The translations under genes and the position numbers were made by a program. This document shows, piece by piece, positions 50,198 to 62,965 of a stretch of DNA of 64,000 bases. Source of the stretch: Psammoneis japonica (taxonomy: Eukaryota); contig QPGO01000027.1 of the NCBI GenBank assembly GCA_008632985.1, forward strand, positions 186,001 to 250,000. Reading direction: 5' to 3'. The stretch's first letter is position 1. Each line of letters opens with the position of its first letter. Under the pieces are notes generated by a model. That model was not told where the DNA came from. It saw only the letters and a list, made by a program, of their open reading frames with translations, and searched no databases.

Positions 50198-53100
50198 TCA
50201 ACTGGTGTCATCATGAGTCTGGAGCACAGAGCAATCTAAAATGGACAGTGAGTGTGTTGCTGACAAGGTCAGTGCACTCAACTGTCAGCAGCATTTTCAT
50301 TGAGCTTGAGATGTGATTTTGGATCTTTTTCATGGTTTGAATTCATTCCCAGCCTGATGCCTGCAAATGCATGAATCATGGTGCTTTTTAAAGGAGCACC
50401 ATTTGGAGATTGTTGCTGTTGCCTTTTGCAAACCCAAATGAAGTGAAAGTCATGCTTGCAGCAGAGCAACTTTTAACTTGATGGCATCATGCCACAAAGT
50501 GCACTTTCTGCTTCATTTGCCTTGCTTTTCTCTCTTCCTTTTTTCTCTTGCCAGTGGACTGCATGTTTTCTTCTGACCTTAACTGGTGTCACCATGAGTC
50601 TGGAGCACAGAGCAATCTAAAATGGACAGCGAGTGTGTTGCTGACAAGGTTTGTGCACTCAACTGTCAGTGGCATTTTCATCAAGCTTGAGGTGTGATTT
50701 TGGATCTTTTTCATGGTTTGAATTCATCCCCAGCCTGATGCTTGCAAATGCATGAATTGCGGTGCTTTTTTTCACCTGTCACCTTTTCTTGTCAAAATGC
50801 AACACTTGATGCCAGAGCTGCATCAACATGTCAGGCATTGCAAAAAATTGCAGGGCATGCAGCATTTCTTTGAGTTGTTGTGAGGAGACATGTGTCCAAC
50901 TCATTGCAATTTGCAGCCTTGGTGGTGCAAAGAGAGGCAGGAACACACAACAGCATTTCTGTGTGCTTTGGTCATCTGGTGGTGGTTGCCAGTTGCTTGT
51001 GTGGCCAGCAGAAAAGATGCAGGAAATTGTCACAAGGCATCAATCATCACTTTGAGTTAAATGAGGACATGTGTGCTTGACCCGTTGCAAGTTGAGGTCT
51101 TGGTGGTGCAATGACAAGAGACCAAAACACAACTTTTTTCACTCTTTGGTTGTTGGTTGCTGGTTGCTGGTTGCTGGTTGCCGGTGGCTTGTGGGCCCAG
51201 AAATGAGGAAGACAATTTGAGCAGGGCATCCAGTGTTGCTTTGGGTTGCTGTGATGAGACACATGTTCAACCCACTGCAATTTGCAGTCTTGGTGGTGCA
51301 ATGAGAGGTCAGAAGAACTCAACATTTTGTGCACTTTGGTCATCAGTCAGTGACTGCCAGTGGCTTGTGCTGGTGGTGGTGCTGGAAACAAAGCACACAA
51401 CTGCAACAAGGATTGTTTTGGGGCATTGTGACAAGATCAATGTTTGACCCATTGCAATTTGCAGCCTTGGCAGTGCTGAGAGGCCAGAGCACTGCACTTG
51501 CTGCTGCAGTTGGTTGTGAGTTGTGGCACCAACATTGTTTTGCTGTTGCTTTCCGGTGTCCTGCATTTTGCAACAGTGTTGGGATTTGTGCTGGGTCCTG
51601 TTGCTTTTCCAGTGTCCTGTGCTCTGTGACAGCACTGGAGGTTGTGCACAAGCCAAGTCATTGTTGTTTTACCAAGGTGCTCCATCAGCAGGAGCAAGAG
51701 CAGCACAATCTGCTGTGGTGTCATTGCTGTCTGAGCGAGGTGTTCAACAATGCTGGCGCAAGCTGTGCAAGATGTTGTGGCATCAGTGCTGTTTCAGCTT
51801 CAGTGCCCTTGGCATGTCCTGTTCAGAAACACCAATTGAACAAGCATGTGACCAGCATCAGGGAGTGCCTTTTGTGCTTGTTCACCAAAAGTCAGCAGAA
51901 ACTGCCTGTTCCCTGGCTGAAATGTTGTGCAACAATCATTGTCTTGAGCATGTGCAAAAAACAAAGACCTCAAAGATGAGTCTCAACATCCTTCTTGAGT
52001 GTTTCAAGATCATTGGTGGCCTGTTGGTCTTGCTGGACAGTGGGGCCATCATGATTGGCAGCCAGAGAAACCTCAAGGAGCTCCTTTTTGACAAGCACAC
52101 ATCTGTTGATTGACTTTCTCCCAACTTGAGCTTGTTGTGGACTTGGCTGGACAGAACATGCTGAAAGAGACCATGGAAGCTCATCTTTTTGGCCTGAAGA
52201 GTGTGCCCCCCAATGGTGTCCAGCTTGCTCATTGAGCACAATTGATGGAGTGTTCAAATTGTTTGGGGTGTTTCAGCAGCGGTGGGCTCCGCTGCCGCCC
52301 TGTGTTCAGATGAGTCAACCGCTGGACAAAAGTGCAATGTTGGCTGCAACTTGCAGCATGTTGTCATGACAATTGATTTTTCCTCATCTGGTGACATGCC
52401 CCACAATGGCATCTGCCTTGCTCATCCAATGTCATGCTCAAAGTTCTTTGGTGGCTGTGAGCTCCAGACAAGTCTGCCGCCAGATGAGTTGACACAACGT
52501 CAAAACAACCCATGCAGCAAATCATGACAATGGCCAATTTTTCCTCACCTGATTTCCTTTCTTGCCTTGTCCAAGGAAGATCAGGCCCAAATGAGGAATT
52601 CCCTGCAACAGAAAACCCTGCAACCACACGAAGATTTTCACAGCCAGCTCAAAAGTGCTCTTTGGGGGTGCAGGAAAAAACAAAATTGTCATTTTTCCTT
52701 GTTTTTCCCAAGTTTTTTCCCTCATTTTCAAACACCGCGAATGCAGAAGTTTGAATTTTCTTCAGTTTTTCTTGAGAAAATGTGACAAATCTCATTTTGA
52801 GTGGCACTGGACATCTTTTATTTTGGGGGGTCGTCCCCGAGTTTGACCCAAAATTGCCGTGACATTTGAACGAGGAGGTTGCTTGCAAGTGATTGTGTTT
52901 TTGAGTGCAAAAACAGCTCTTGCTTTTCACACCCAATTGCTGATCATGCATTGAAACAAGAGTGTCAGGTGCTGCAAATGAAGCATGACAATGATGACAC
53001 TTGCCAACATTTCTCAAAAATGCAGTTTGCCGTCTACAAACTTTTCATGCATGCAAGAGCTTTGACACACAAGAAACATGAAATGAGCAAGAATTGGTGG

Positions 53101-54122
53101 ATGGGCTGCCTCAGCCACAGCAGACTTGTGGCTTGCTGTCTCACCACAGAAAATGCCATGGGACCCTGCACAAATCCCAATGCTGTTGCAAAATGCAGGA
53201 CCCTGGAAAGCAACAGCAGCAAAACAATGTTGGTGCCACAACTCACAACTGACTGCAGCATTGAGTGCAGTGCTCAGCAGCCAGGAACCAACAACCAAAG
53301 CATGAAAAAACTGTGTGTTGGCATCTTGTTGTGGCACCACCAAGACCTCAAATTGCAATGGGCAAAGCACAAACATGTCCTCACAATGACTCAAAGTGAT
53401 GATTGATGCCCTGTGACAGTTTTTTGCGTCTTTTCCAGCCCCATGAGCAACTGGCAACCACCACCAGATGACCAAAGCACACAGAAATGCTGTTGCATTC
53501 TGGCCTCTCTTTGCACCACCAAGGCTGCAAATTGCAACAGGTCAAATGCATGTCTCCTCACAACAACTCAAAGAAATGCTGCATGAACTGCAAATTTTTT
53601 GCAATGCCTGACATGTTGACATGGCTGGCATCAAGTGTTGCATTTTGACAAGAAAAGTGACAGGTAAAAGAATGAAAAAATTGATGATGATTGGGTTGTG
53701 GGTGGTGTGAGTCACACACTTTGTTGCCTCGCATGTGAAAAAAAAAATGCACCGTGATTCATTCATTTGCAGGCATCAGGCTGGAAATGAACTCAAACCA
53801 TGAAAAAGATCAAAATCGCATCTCAAGCTTGGTGAAAATGCTGCTGGCAGTTGAGTGCACAAACCTTGTCAGCAACACTTGCTGTCCATTTTAGATTGCT
53901 CTGTGCTCCAGACTCATGATGACACCAGTTGAGGTCAGAAGAAAAACATGCAGACTGCTGGGGCAAGAGAAAAAGTGAAGAGAGAAAAGCAAGACAAATG
54001 AATCAGAAAGTGTGTTTTGTGGCATGATGCCATCAAGTTGAAAGGTGCACTGTTGCAAACATGACTTCCGCTTCGTTTGGGTTTGTAAAAGGCAACAGCA
54101 ACAATCTCCAAATGGCACTCCT
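50198..54122. repeat. Second foldback structure: inverted arms ~50390-51640 and ~53120-54122, plus a ~190-bp direct duplication (50198-50389 = 50579-50770)
   Basis: ACTGGTGTCA.CATGAGTCTGGAGCACAGAGCAATCTAAAATGGACAG occurs at ~50201 and ~50583, and as its reverse complement at ~53883-53930. 50391-50510 mirrors 54004-54122 and 51500-51600 mirrors 53160-53250. Confidence 0.8.
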
Positions 54123-57100
54123 TTGCTGCAGCTCCATTGAATGAATGCAAGCGCAATGCAGCAGCAGCGCAACAGACCAGAGCAAAGTGAAATGATGTGT
54201 CTGGGGTGACCAAAGCAGCTGAGCAAAGAAGCCCCAAGTCACAGGACACATGATGAGACCAAGCAACAAAACTCCAATGCAATCACAAAAACACTTGCAC
54301 AAATGCAAAAACAAACCTCATGGCTTAAAGATGATCTGAGTGAGTTGAGAAAATGGAACAAATGGACAACAGCACAAGGCACTGCAGTGCATGTTGCCAA
54401 AGCTGTTGTGCAACAAAACATTGACGCACACCAGTGTTGTGTCCTGACTTGCAAAACAAGGACAATGAACAAACTGCACACAGCCTTGTTCACAATCATT
54501 TTTTGTCACAATTTTGTCAATGCCCAAAATCTTTGTGTCCTTGACCCTCAAACAAATCACAGGCTTAGAAGACAACAGCTCAGAGTGCACACCAAAAAAC
54601 CACTGAAACACAATGAAATGTCAAATGTTTCTCTGTGTTGATTTGCCATCAAGCTGACAGATGTGTGGTTTGTGAAGAGCTCCAGTGAGAAATCTGAACA
54701 AGCAAAACAAAGACATCAAAAATGCTGTGGGGCAAAATGGCCATCACAAGCCACAACAACAAACATGTTCCAGCCAAGAGTGAACCAAATTGTGCACAAA
54801 AAACAAACATTTGCATGATTTTTGCATGGTCCATGACTTGCAACCAAGCTTTTGCCATCAAAAGCATGGACTCGCCCAAGTGTCAATTCTTTGTAACACC
54901 AACAAGACTCACGCAAGTGTTTCAATGTCATTGGTTTTTGTGCTGTCAATGGTTTTCATTGCACTGAATGAACCACAATGCAACAGATGATTTTTGGCAA
55001 AAATGTTGAAGATTTGTGTGCATCAAATGTTTGCATGTCAATGCAAACCAGTCAATTGAGATGTTTTCTGGCAGCACAGGCATTTTGCCCACAAGGCTTC
55101 ATTGCACCAAATGTGATGTCGTGCAATCAGCATTGAGTCCGCTGAGCAATTTATGATGCACATCCCAACTGCCCACACTCTGGACATTGTTTGCCATTGG
55201 GATGCACTGCAACTGCTGTGCTGGGTTTGCACCAAACATGCTCCACAACAATCACCAACAGCTCCAACATTGAAACACACCTTTCAATGAAACAGGCATT
55301 TTGTCATTTTCTCACATTTGGTCATTCTCAGAATGTTCCAAAAGCATTTTTGAATTGCACCCAAACCACACCCGAAGTGAATCTTTGAAAAGGCCTGTCC
55401 ATGAAACACAATTTTTGACTGCACTCTGAGCAGATGAGTGCCCAACAAGTCTGCACAAACTCAATCCACCCACAGCAACAAAAACTTTGCCTGCTGTCCA
55501 TGGTCGCAGTGGCGTGCAGTGAGCATCACATGGCAAGAACAAAAAACATCAAGCACACAACACCCACAGAAGCACACACTTGCCATGTCAATGCACCCAT
55601 CCAAAACATTGTCAAGCACCAAAAAAGAATCCAGAGGCCAGTGCAGCAGGGTTGGAATGGATTTCAGAGCAGCAGCACTGTCGGTTCTTCATTTGTGCCA
55701 TGCTTTGCTCTGCAAGATGACACACAAGAAGGCATGCTGTGCAACTGTGTGGTGTTTGAAAAAAGGGGAAAAATGAAGAATTTTGATTTTTCTTGCACTT
55801 CCTTGTGTGAAGGAACACACCATCAGATTCACAGCACAGAGTTGCAAGGCAACAGTGAACTGGTGTTTTCATGACTTGAAGCTTTTCATTGACTCATTTG
55901 TTCATGAGGACAAATGTAAATTTGATCCCCAGAACAATGACCCTTGTGCCACAATGCTTTCAACTCAATGAAAATGGGAAACAAGGAGCAACCACTTGTT
56001 TGGGTGCACCCTGGCAGGTCTTGTCAGTGCAACCAAACATTTGCAAATGCGCGAGACATCATTTTGGATTTGCAAGTTTGTTCCCCAGTTGGTGACCATG
56101 CAAAATCTGTGTTTGCACATGGAAATGTCTGTTTTTGCACTTTTTTTGTTCACACAGCTGGAACACGTCAAACGCATGGCATGCCAAACATCAGAAAACA
56201 CTTTTTGGTGTTGTGCCATCCATGTTGCAGGGTGCAACTTGTGTGTGCAGGGTTGCCACAAGGTCCTCGCCCTCTTTCAGATTGTGCTCTGGAGCTTGTG
56301 TTAGAAAGAAAGACTTGCGTCATGGAGCATGTGATGATGTGTGGCACAACAGAGTGCCTGACATCACATTGGCCACCTGCAGTGGAAGTTCTGCTGACAA
56401 TTGTCACTGACTCTCCCAGTTGCAGCTCACCCAGAAGCACCCGCCACAGCTTCTTCAGCTTTTTGGTGCACTCCATCAGGAGACAAGCACACTCTCAATC
56501 TGCACAGGGTGGGATTTTTGATCCTTTTGTGTTTCCCCATGCCCAATCTAGCCACAACAACATCTGCTGGTTGTGATCCATGCCTTGGCAGAGCAGGAGC
56601 ATCTTTGACTTTCTCCCTCTGAAAAGGAGGAGCATTGTTGCATGCCAAACAATGCTGCTCTGAATGTGGATGGGACAACAAGCAGCAACGCAATTGTGAG
56701 CACCAGTGGGGACACCTGCACAAAGCATTCTCAGCATGTTGGTTGTTGTGCTTCTCTGGAAACTGGCCCAACAAATGCTCTGCCAGCACACTCCTGGCAG
56801 ATGAAGACAAACAAATGGAAAGCTGGAAATGTTTTAGAGCCAATGGGTCAATTTTGTGTGCACTGATCAAGCCTTTTGCCAGCCTCAAGTTGTCTTTGAG
56901 AATGCTGTCAACTGTGCATCCACCTGTCAAGTGCCAGAGTTGGTGCTCAACAAGGCTGTTGACTGGCCTCTTGCATGAATTTGACTGCACAGTCTGTCAT
57001 GACAAGAAAGTTTTGAAGATCTCTCAGAAAGTTGGTGTGTGGACCTCCAACCAAGCAAAAGCATCCTCCACAATTGAGGTGCTGATGCTTCCAGCTTCCA

Positions 57101-60100
57101 GTGCCAACTGAGTTTGGCTCATGGACAGCTGCAGTTGTTGGCTGGTCTCTTTTGTTGCAGAGTTCTTTGTGCAAAAGAGGATGTTTGAGTCAAAATCCCA
57201 AGGCCACATGGACCACCTTCTTTGCCAGTTTCAAACTGCCACCACTTTGCCTTGAATGCTGGAAGCATGCAGAGTCGTGATTTGCCTGGTCTGCTCTGGG
57301 CCATCTTCTCTTGTCATTCACACAGCACACCATCAAGAAGTCTTGCTGCTCTGGCATCCAACAGGAAGATCATCTTCTGCAAGAGTTTCCATGACACCCT
57401 CCATGTTGCTCAGCAACTCTGAGCCTGTGGTCTGTTGCCTGGAAACTGGGGCCATTTGGGTGCCCCACAGGGCCCTGCTGCTGACACCAGAGCAATCAAT
57501 TTCCTCTTCTTTGTTGAAAAATCATTGCTCTTGGACTCATTTCTCAAGATGCTGGCTGGCAGAGGACACCACAGACTGTGCCATCATGCCCTGACCCTTT
57601 TTGCAACTCAGGTGTTTTTTGATGGCAGCATTTTCCAAACAACAGAGAGCAAATTCTTGCAAACACTCAAGGGACTGTTCACTTTCAAAAGCACACCTCA
57701 CAAGAAACTCAACACAGCTGTGTTTGCTCACCCCCCACCCCCTGGAGCCAGTTTCTCTCAAAGCCATTGGCTGAAAAGGTGCTGGTTGCATCTTGTGCTG
57801 TTTGCTGTGCAACTTCTGCAAGCTCTGCAGTTCATGCACTGGGTGATGAATGTTTTTGTCTTTGACACAACCAAGTTTGTGGTGCAATCACACCTCTTCA
57901 CACTCACAAAATTTGACAATCAACCTGCTCTGTGCCATGATTGCAGTGCACAACAAAATGACACAAAATGACACCACCAAAGTTGCAAAGAATTGAGAGG
58001 GGGCTTGTGCACATGTGGAGCATGTGGCACATGACAAAAAATGTCAATGTTGCAGTCCAATGGTGCAAGGTCCCACCCAGAACCAGAGTGCATCTGCTGC
58101 TGAGCTGTGGAGCAACCAAAGTTTTGCTGACATGCTCCAAGACTTGGTTTGCAGCTTGGGCAATGAGGCCATCAATGCCCCGCTGTTGAGTCATGCCATC
58201 AAGCAGGAAAGTTGTTTTGTCCAAAAGTGTTTGCAGGGAGTTCTTGTTCACAGCAGAGCAACAGGAGCATGCTTGCTGCCACACTCCATTGTGACAAACC
58301 TTTGCTCCCAGAAGATCTTGGCACAATCTTGCCACAACTGCACAACCAGCTGAGCTTCCTCCTGTGACCACAAAGTTTGCCAATGCAGACAGGAAGTCCA
58401 TCCTTTTCTGCAACTGGCACATCTGCTCTTCAGCCAACTGGGCCAGCAGCACTGTGATGCAGCAAGGAAAGTTGCTCTCTGCAGCAATGGCTCAGTTTAA
58501 TGAAATGCCAACAGCTTCTCTTTTGGGCCTTTCAATGCTTGAAATGATTTGGTGTGACACCAAAAAAGCAACCACAAATGATGCTCAAAGGCTGTTTCCA
58601 TGACAAGTCTTTCAACATCTGCTTTGTGAGTCTTTGAGTGATGTCACAGCACTGCTGTGTGCAATTTTCAAACCCCACTTTTTGTTCTGCCTGTCATCCC
58701 AACTCATCAATTGCACCAAGGGGTCAACGTCAAATGAAATTTGGGGTGCACAGTTGAGGACTGGTGGAGAGGTTGGTTGGCAGTCGTCAAGTTTGGTTCC
58801 TTGGTCTGGCTCAGGTTAAAAAGCTGCCCTTGGAGAAGTTTTTACCAATTCAACAAACCCAGTTGCATTGACCCCACATGCCCATCACATGCTCCAGAGG
58901 CACTGCAGCAACAAGCTGCAGGAGATTGGCAATCCTTGTGGCACTCATGCTTGTGGTTCTAGAGAGGGGGTCAAAAGAATGTTGCTGTGTTGGGCCACTT
59001 TTCCATCCCAACTTGTGACTCATTGAGTTGACTTGATCATTCTTTGAGTCAACTCAATCACCAATCATTCACACATCATGACTGAAACATGACTGGATGC
59101 TCCATTGATGCACCCACACTTCCAAGCAAAAGGGGTCAAATCAACAACAGCAGGTGACCCAAGTCAGTTGAATGCAATCTAACTGGGCTCTTCCTTCATG
59201 TCCACAGACTCATCAAGGCCAAATGGTGGTTCCTTGGATGCAATCAAAAATGACAGCATGCTCACTCAGCTCACAAATCAAATTTGTTGCGGTGGGACCA
59301 TCAACACAGAGGAGTGTCAACCTGACAAGGCCACAACCTGACAGAATGCCGGTGTCACCTGTCACTGAAAAGAGCTGTGTCATCTTTCTTTGAGTTGTGG
59401 CAGTGCTGGCAGCTTTTGCACACTCCAATCCCATCCCAGCTTGTGCAGCTGCATGTGCACTCTCCAAAACCCATTGGCACACAACTCTTTCTGACAAATG
59501 ACGAGACATTGAGCTTCAAAATTCAGCCAGGTTTTGTTGTCAGTGGTCACTGACAGGAGCAACTGGCCATGCAACTCTCTGTTGCTTGTGACTTGTGAGG
59601 CAAATGACTGCCATTGGACAGTGTTGTTTTGCTGCCAGAGCATTCATTGGCATTGTTGGAAGCCTCCAAACTGATGTCTTAACTGAACTTGATTGTTTTG
59701 ATGTCAGCTTGAGAGCTCCTCAGAGCCACAGAGTCACAAGGTCTTCTGGATTGCAGCTCCAAGCCGCCGAGCAATTTTCCAAAAGAAAAGCAGCTGTTCC
59801 AAGATGATGATGCTGTGAGCTGAAGCAAAAATGCTGTCAAACATTCTGCCAAATGCCTTGGCCATGCAATCACCATCTGCAGTTTCTGCTTCAGCACCAG
59901 TCCCGTGAATGGTGAAATTTGTCCCCAAAGCTGGGGAGATCCATTTGCCAAATGCTTTTGCTGAGCTGCTTCTTCAAGGAACTTTTTCTGCCCATTTCTT
60001 CCAGCCAGCTTGCTGCCTGGCATTTGCATCTTTGTCTTTGATCTGTGCCTGGCTTGGTGTCAAAGCTGATTCCTCACTGTTGACATCTCAGTTGGAAACA

Positions 60101-61000
60101 TCTCTTTCATTCCATGATGTCAGGTGACAATTTCATGTGCTGCCAGTGCCTGCTCCCCTTGTTGGCATCAACAACCACCCCCACAAACTTGTCTCCTGAG
60201 CTGTCTGTTCAGGGCAAGAGCATCCTCCAAACAGAGTTCATTTGTGAGTGCTGCTTCTCACCACCACCATTTTAAACATGTGTTTTGTAGTCTTTTTGTT
60301 GCTGCCAACTTTGACGAGGTGGAAGACAAAAATCTGGTGTGTGGCACTGTTTGGCACAGGAGGAACAAAAGTGCACCAGAATCATGCCATCTTTTGGGTG
60401 ACTTGTTTCTCAGCAACAAAGGCAACATCAAGGCAATGCTCACAGCATTTGGTCAATTGCAATGAGATTGGACAATGTGTGAGGGTCACTTCAGAAAGGT
60501 GGTGCACCACATGATGAAGTTTTTGTCGATGACAGCCAGTGTTGCCATTGTCGTGCACCAGCTTGACATCATTTCATTGCAATGCACCATGGTAAAAAGC
60601 AGATGCTGGCTGATGCAAAATTGTCTTCAGCAGTTTTTTTGTCACTCAAGCAATGGCACCCACAGCAGCATGAGACTGGCAATGATCAGCACATTTGAAC
60701 ATGCTCTCATTTTTCATCATGATGGCAAAAGCAAAACTGAACGGACACGAGCAAAAAGCAAGCACAAAGTCAACAGTTGATTGATTGATTGTGTCCCATG
60801 TGCAGCACCACTTGGCCAACTCCACAGCAAGAAACAACAAGAGAACATGTGAAAAAAATGAGAAGATGTCCTGTGATCACCACCGTGGTCAATCTGAGCA
60901 CACACACATGTTTGCTTCCAACTCTGATGGTGTTTGCATCATCATTTTCACATCATCTGTCCATTGCACCAATGCCATGCAAAGTTGCACAGCAGATTGT
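54123..61000. repeat. Old, heavily eroded repeat/pseudogene block (TpA and CpG nearly absent)
   Basis: Composition as in the other eroded blocks; contains the decayed GMC gene copy. Confidence 0.65.
58090..58490 (-). pseudogene. Decayed partial duplicate of the GMC-ABCG gene 5' end
   Basis: ANFVVTGGSSAGCAVVARLCQDLLGAK...LLDGMTQQRGIDGLIAQAANQVLEHVSKTLVAPQ aligns with ADFVIVGGGSAGCVLASRLCQDLPKAK...LPLDGTVEQWGINGLITPIANRVFERVSKALVVSQ, with an internal deletion. Confidence 0.85.
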
Positions 61001-61129
61001 TGCGGTGTTGCCAAGATTTGTCCACAACGAAACTCACCTCTCCGACAGCCACCACATCACTCGCCACGCGAAAAACTTTCAAGCTGGATCTTTTCTGCAC
61101 CTCACGCGACTTCGTGCGGTTTACCCGCC

Positions 61130-61460
61130 ATTTTTTCTGCTCGTGATTTCACTGGTTAGTTGGTCATTGCGAATGGACTGTGCCGTTTTAATTGTTGCTT
61201 CACCGGTTTTTACGTGCAATGACCACCATCGCAACAAAAAGGATAGATGAAGAATCTAGGCGGCATGTACGTGGTCCATCTACTGCATCGGAGAGACGCA
61301 AGCCAAGATGACTGTGACAATGCCATTTTTTCTGCTCGTGGTTTCACCGGTTAGTTGGTCATTGCCAAAGGATATATTATGCTGTTCCAATCGTTATTTC
61401 GCCGGTTTGTACGTAAATGACCGCCAATGTGGCAGCGACAAGAATATAGATGGTAGATGA
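61130..61460. repeat. Two diverged copies of a ~150-bp non-coding unit (third copy at ~62570-62705)
   Basis: CTCGTG.TTTCAC.GGTTAGTTGGTCATTGC...AAT.GTT..TTC.CCGGTTT.TACGT..ATGACC at ~61140 and ~61336, with a similar sequence at ~62576. Confidence 0.75.
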
Positions 61461-61657
61461 CGAGAGAGACAAGAGGAACTAGCCAGAATCTTCTGGTGGC
61501 ATCTGGGACGCACAGCAGCGCAAACGAATGGAAAGCGGAGAACGCTGTTGCTAATAATGTTTAGTTACGTACCTATGATTCATACTCGTCTTATGTCATC
61601 TCTCTCAAGGAAGCCATTCCGATTTGTTCTTCTTAGAATGGTGCTGACATCGCTTTG

Positions 61658-62314
61658 TTAGGCACATCTCTTGTTGCACAAGGGACAGGGTTTCTCGGTG
61701 ATTTCTGGAGAGCAACCGGCCCTTGCGCAAATGCTACAGAGCCAACTATGATTGACCCTATCGAACCTGGGGCCACGACGACCTGTCCTAAGCAAAGGCT
61801 TGGGGGCATCTAAACCACCAGCATTGCCGCTTGAAACACTACTAACTCCGCCGGAAGAACTGACAGAGTCCGAAACTCCGTTTCCACCCGAACCGCTACT
61901 TACTCCACCGGAACTGATAGAGTTTCCGCTAGTAGAAGCATTCTCTCCATCATCCTCAAAGATGGAGTGCTTTACTGCTGGCTTCACCCCGTCTCCGGTT
62001 GGAGCGCTTTCTGCGCCATTGCTCGAGGCGGCTCCGTCGGTTCCGCTTGAAGCGCTCTCACGGCCACCAGTGTTCGAAGCGGATCCGCTCGAAGCGCTGT
62101 TACTACCACTGCTGGAGCCCCCGCCACCACGTGAAGTCCCACTGGAACCTATTTGTTTAAAAGGTTCAAGGCAAAGAGTTTTTGAGCATCATGCTTTCAT
62201 AAGGCAAGAGAACAAGAGAGGAACATGTCAATAACGTAGCAACTTACTTCCCGTGGCGGCGCTAATCAATCCAAGAAAGGCAACGAAGAGGAGGATCTTT
62301 GGAGAGAGCTTCAT
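61658..62314 (-). CDS. Secreted Ser/Gly-rich protein with C-terminal six-Cys module; exons 62314-62248 and 62148-61658
   Basis: Signal peptide MKLSPKILLFVAFLGLISAATG, phase-1 GTAAG...TAG intron, SSG-rich repeats, ending DRVNHSWLCSICARAGCSPEITEKPCPLCNKRCA. Confidence 0.8.
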
Positions 62315-62965
62315 GATATCGTCTAGATGGACCTAAATTTTGTTGTCTCGGACGATTTATGGCAGCAAAGTGAGATTTTGTGTGTGGGCTGAGGTAAGTA
62401 TGTTATGTCGGAAAAGTCATAAAAAGTGATCCCCGTTTCTCGATTCGGTCTTGGTTTCGCTGGAGACATTCTGAACACATGTATTGAAGCGTCCAGCCAT
62501 GAGGAATTTGGCAATATTAAAAATGCTTTTTGACCTCATAGTACGATTATTGCCCTGTCTTTTTCAATCTGTTGTCGTGGTTTCGCCGGTTAGGTCTGCC
62601 AATGGAATTCTTCCGTTCTAATCGTTGCTTCACCGGTTTGTACTTGTAGGACTACCAACGAAGTGAAACTAGGCTAATAGATGGAAAATCTAGGTGGGCC
62701 ATGCGGGGTCTACCGGATTTTCTTTGCATCTGACGAAACGGTAGTAAACGACTGGAAATCAAACAACACCGTATCTAATGATAATTAGTCACTCTCTACT
62801 AGAGAGCTTCTCACCAAAAACCTTTATAGAATAGATTCGGGAGTCATTCGGCTGTTGTTGCAACCTAGCCTCCCATACAATTACAATACAAACTAAAATG
62901 TATGCAAGGATGCTGCAGCATCTCAATCAACAATCATGATAGGGATGCATTTAGAAGTCTTGTCT

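Noticed and set aside
59022..59058. 12-bp hairpin ATTGAGTTGACT...AGTCAACTCAAT
   Set aside because: Isolated, inside eroded DNA, with no supporting element structure.
1..61000. Hundreds of 60-200 aa Cys/His/Gln/Trp-rich ORFs in all six frames
   Set aside because: They are a by-product of TA loss, which removes TAA/TAG stops and converts Tyr to Cys/His. They overlap on both strands and show no coherent domains.
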